From positions 31,310,001-31,374,000 of the forward strand of contig OX597824.1 in assembly GCA_951406725.2 (NCBI GenBank): 64,000 nt of DNA. The letters run 5' to 3'. Both the position numbers and the translations under genes were made by a program. How positions within the stretch are numbered: position 1 is the stretch's first letter; every line of letters starts with the position of its first letter. The DNA comes from Octopus vulgaris (taxonomy: Eukaryota). The notes under the pieces are model-generated. The model did not search any database. It had not been told where the DNA came from and saw only the letters and a list, made by a program, of their open reading frames with translations. This document shows positions 61,940-64,000 of this stretch, piece by piece.

Positions 61940-63720
61940 CTAGTTTCAGCTCATGAGTTGTGGTCATGCTGGGGCACTGCCATTTGGTGTTGCTACATAA
62001 TTTTACTTCACTAATTCGTTTTAGAACTTGTCATTTGGTGCATGAGGGATGGTGTTTGATGCTACTGCCCTCATCTGCACTTCTTGCTGTGAAGTTGGCT
62101 CATCTGGGACTCTTGACAGTAAGGGATCTAGTTTTGAAGATATCTACATCCACCACATGTAGGTCTCTCAGGTTTTTAAAACCCTGGCTATTGCAATATC
62201 TTGTCCTCTATTTTGATGGCAAAGTTAGCATCTTTGGCACTATGTCCTGTTATAGTGTTAGTGTAACTCTCAATGCCAAAATTTGAGACAATTTTTTCTG
62301 GGATCTTCCAGATGTATATTACAACATATCTTTCCCTCCTCTGCTCCAGGGAATAGAGTCTCAATCTTTCCCAGTATCTTTCCCAGTAGCTTATATGTGG
62401 CATAGAGGCTATCTTATTTGTGTAGCTTCATTGGATTGCCTCAAGTTCAGCAATTAATTTTACACTAGTTGGTGACCATAGCTAGGAGCAATAGCCAAAA
62501 CGACTTGGACAAATGTCCTCTAGAGGACCATCATGGTTTCCTGATCTCTCATTTTAAATGTTCTAAGAATCCATCTGGTCAGCCACCTGCATTTCATTGC
62601 CAACTTAGCAACATGCACATGGAAGGATGCATCATTACTCATGTAAATACCTAGGTCTCACACTGACTGTGTCTCTGGGATTGCAATCCCTCCAGGCCCA
62701 ATTTATTTAATTGGTATTGCATGCTAATAGCATATTGGTTTTGCATGCTGATAGCAGAGGGCTAGCAACTTCAGGGTTCTGTATCACCAGTGAGGCTTTT
62801 GTATCATCTGAATAACTTGTGATCATGGCTCTCTGTGTGGCTGGAGACATATCTGAGAAGGCCATTATGAACAGGCAACTTCTTCCTGGTTGGAAACCAT
62901 ATTGGGTGTCAATCAGCAAGTCATTTTCCTCAAGGAAGGTGATTCACTTTCTTCTGACTATTCACTCTATGACTTTGCTGATGTGCAAGGTCAGAGAGAT
63001 AGGTCTGTAGTTTTTGGTCTCTGCTCTGCTACCTCCTTTATGGATGGGATATATTTTCCCTTCTTTAAGCTTGCTTGGAAGTTTGACAGTTGCAAGGAAT
63101 CTCTGGAAGAGAGACCACAATGGTCTTGTTAGAACTTAACATGACTTTAGAAAGATTGTTGGGAATCCATCAGGGCCAGTAACTGAGTTCAGGTTTATCT
63201 CATCTATAGCCTTTATTACACCATCTTCTTTTATATTGATGTAATCAATCATCACTGCTCCTGTTTTTATATCTGTAGTGGCGAAAATCTCAGCTGGATT
63301 GCTGACTTGGAAGTTTCCTAGGGATGGAGTGAAAACACTTTTGAATCGCTCATTTAGTATTTCACTCATCCTCATTGGGTATCCTGTGAGTGAACCTTCT
63401 TTTTTCAATCGGTGGCACTACCCTGCAGTGCACTCTGGCTGTGTCTTTGGCAAACTTGTAGAAAGCTTTGGGGTTAGATTTTATATTGTCTATAGCCTAG
63501 GTCTCTTTGTCTGCTCTTTCTTTTTCATGGGAGAGTTGCAGATTTTCTTTAATCTGTAGCAGTTGTATTTTCAGACAGGATTTTTCACTGCTTCCAATTT
63601 GTTTGCTGAAGTGATTTGGAATTTTTTTACAGTGTCTCATAAGAACTTTCCTCTCCTTAAGGATTTTATTCTTGTGTACAGCGGCCTTTCTCTCCAGGAC
63701 AAAATATATGCTACATATAG
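61940..63720 (-). mobile_element. Degenerate, internally deleted CR1/L2-group LINE (same family as 51190-53840)
   Basis: ORF fragments 62188-63724 are homologous to the 51-53 kb copy. Confidence 0.85.
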
Positions 63721-63769
63721 CCATGTGCTACATTTGTGGCATAATGCAGAAAACATTGACAGACAACAA

Positions 63770-64000
63770 ATATAGGCTTTGTAAGACCAAGACTGAAGAC
63801 ATCAACTACATTATCACCAGCTGTCTCCCAGATATTATCTTCCTATGAAGCATAATGTGGTGGCTAGAATGGTCTGGAACAGGATAATGAAAACAAAAAT
63901 GCCTACTAATAAAGTTGATTATATTGAGATTAATGAATCAAAAGAATATTGGTGGAACTTAAAAATTAAAACAGTCACCAAGTTAAAACACAACTGGCCA
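63770..64000 (+). mobile_element. Fragment of a restriction-like-endonuclease non-LTR element (R4/NeSL-type C-terminus)
   Basis: RLCKTKTEDINYIITSC..KHNVVARMVW..EYWWNLKIKTVTKLKHNWP resembles the knuckle-RHN-..-RPD region. Confidence 0.55.

Overview
AT-rich, microsatellite-dense animal genomic DNA. The SINE/LINE repertoire looks cephalopod, probably Octopus (inference). Most ORF-track entries are microsatellite noise or TE fragments. Manual splicing recovers two convergent (tail-to-tail) paralogous genes for four-TM, MS4A/CD20-like proteins with matching phase-0 exon architecture. Gene A (+) has exons <1-26, 3501-3572, 11467-11556, 13034-13153 and 15603-15710. Gene B (-) has exons 59205-59116, 55833-55714 and 48342-48145; its 5' exons were not found, and its tail carries six coding YP(P/L)NV repeats. 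Between the genes lies a head-to-tail array of L1/Tx1-type retrotransposons (two full-length, one 3' stub), each junction sitting in (ATCT)n, which suggests microsatellite-targeted insertion. At least six Penelope-type hammerhead ribozyme motifs are present. A stack of long near-perfect palindromes lies just downstream of gene B, one holding an intact sense-strand hammerhead. The rest is degenerate CR1/L2-type and RTE LINEs (the RTE copies carry a PHD finger), tRNA-SINEs, Helitron-like and piggyBac-like non-autonomous elements, and Tc1/mariner, Penelope and RLE fragments.
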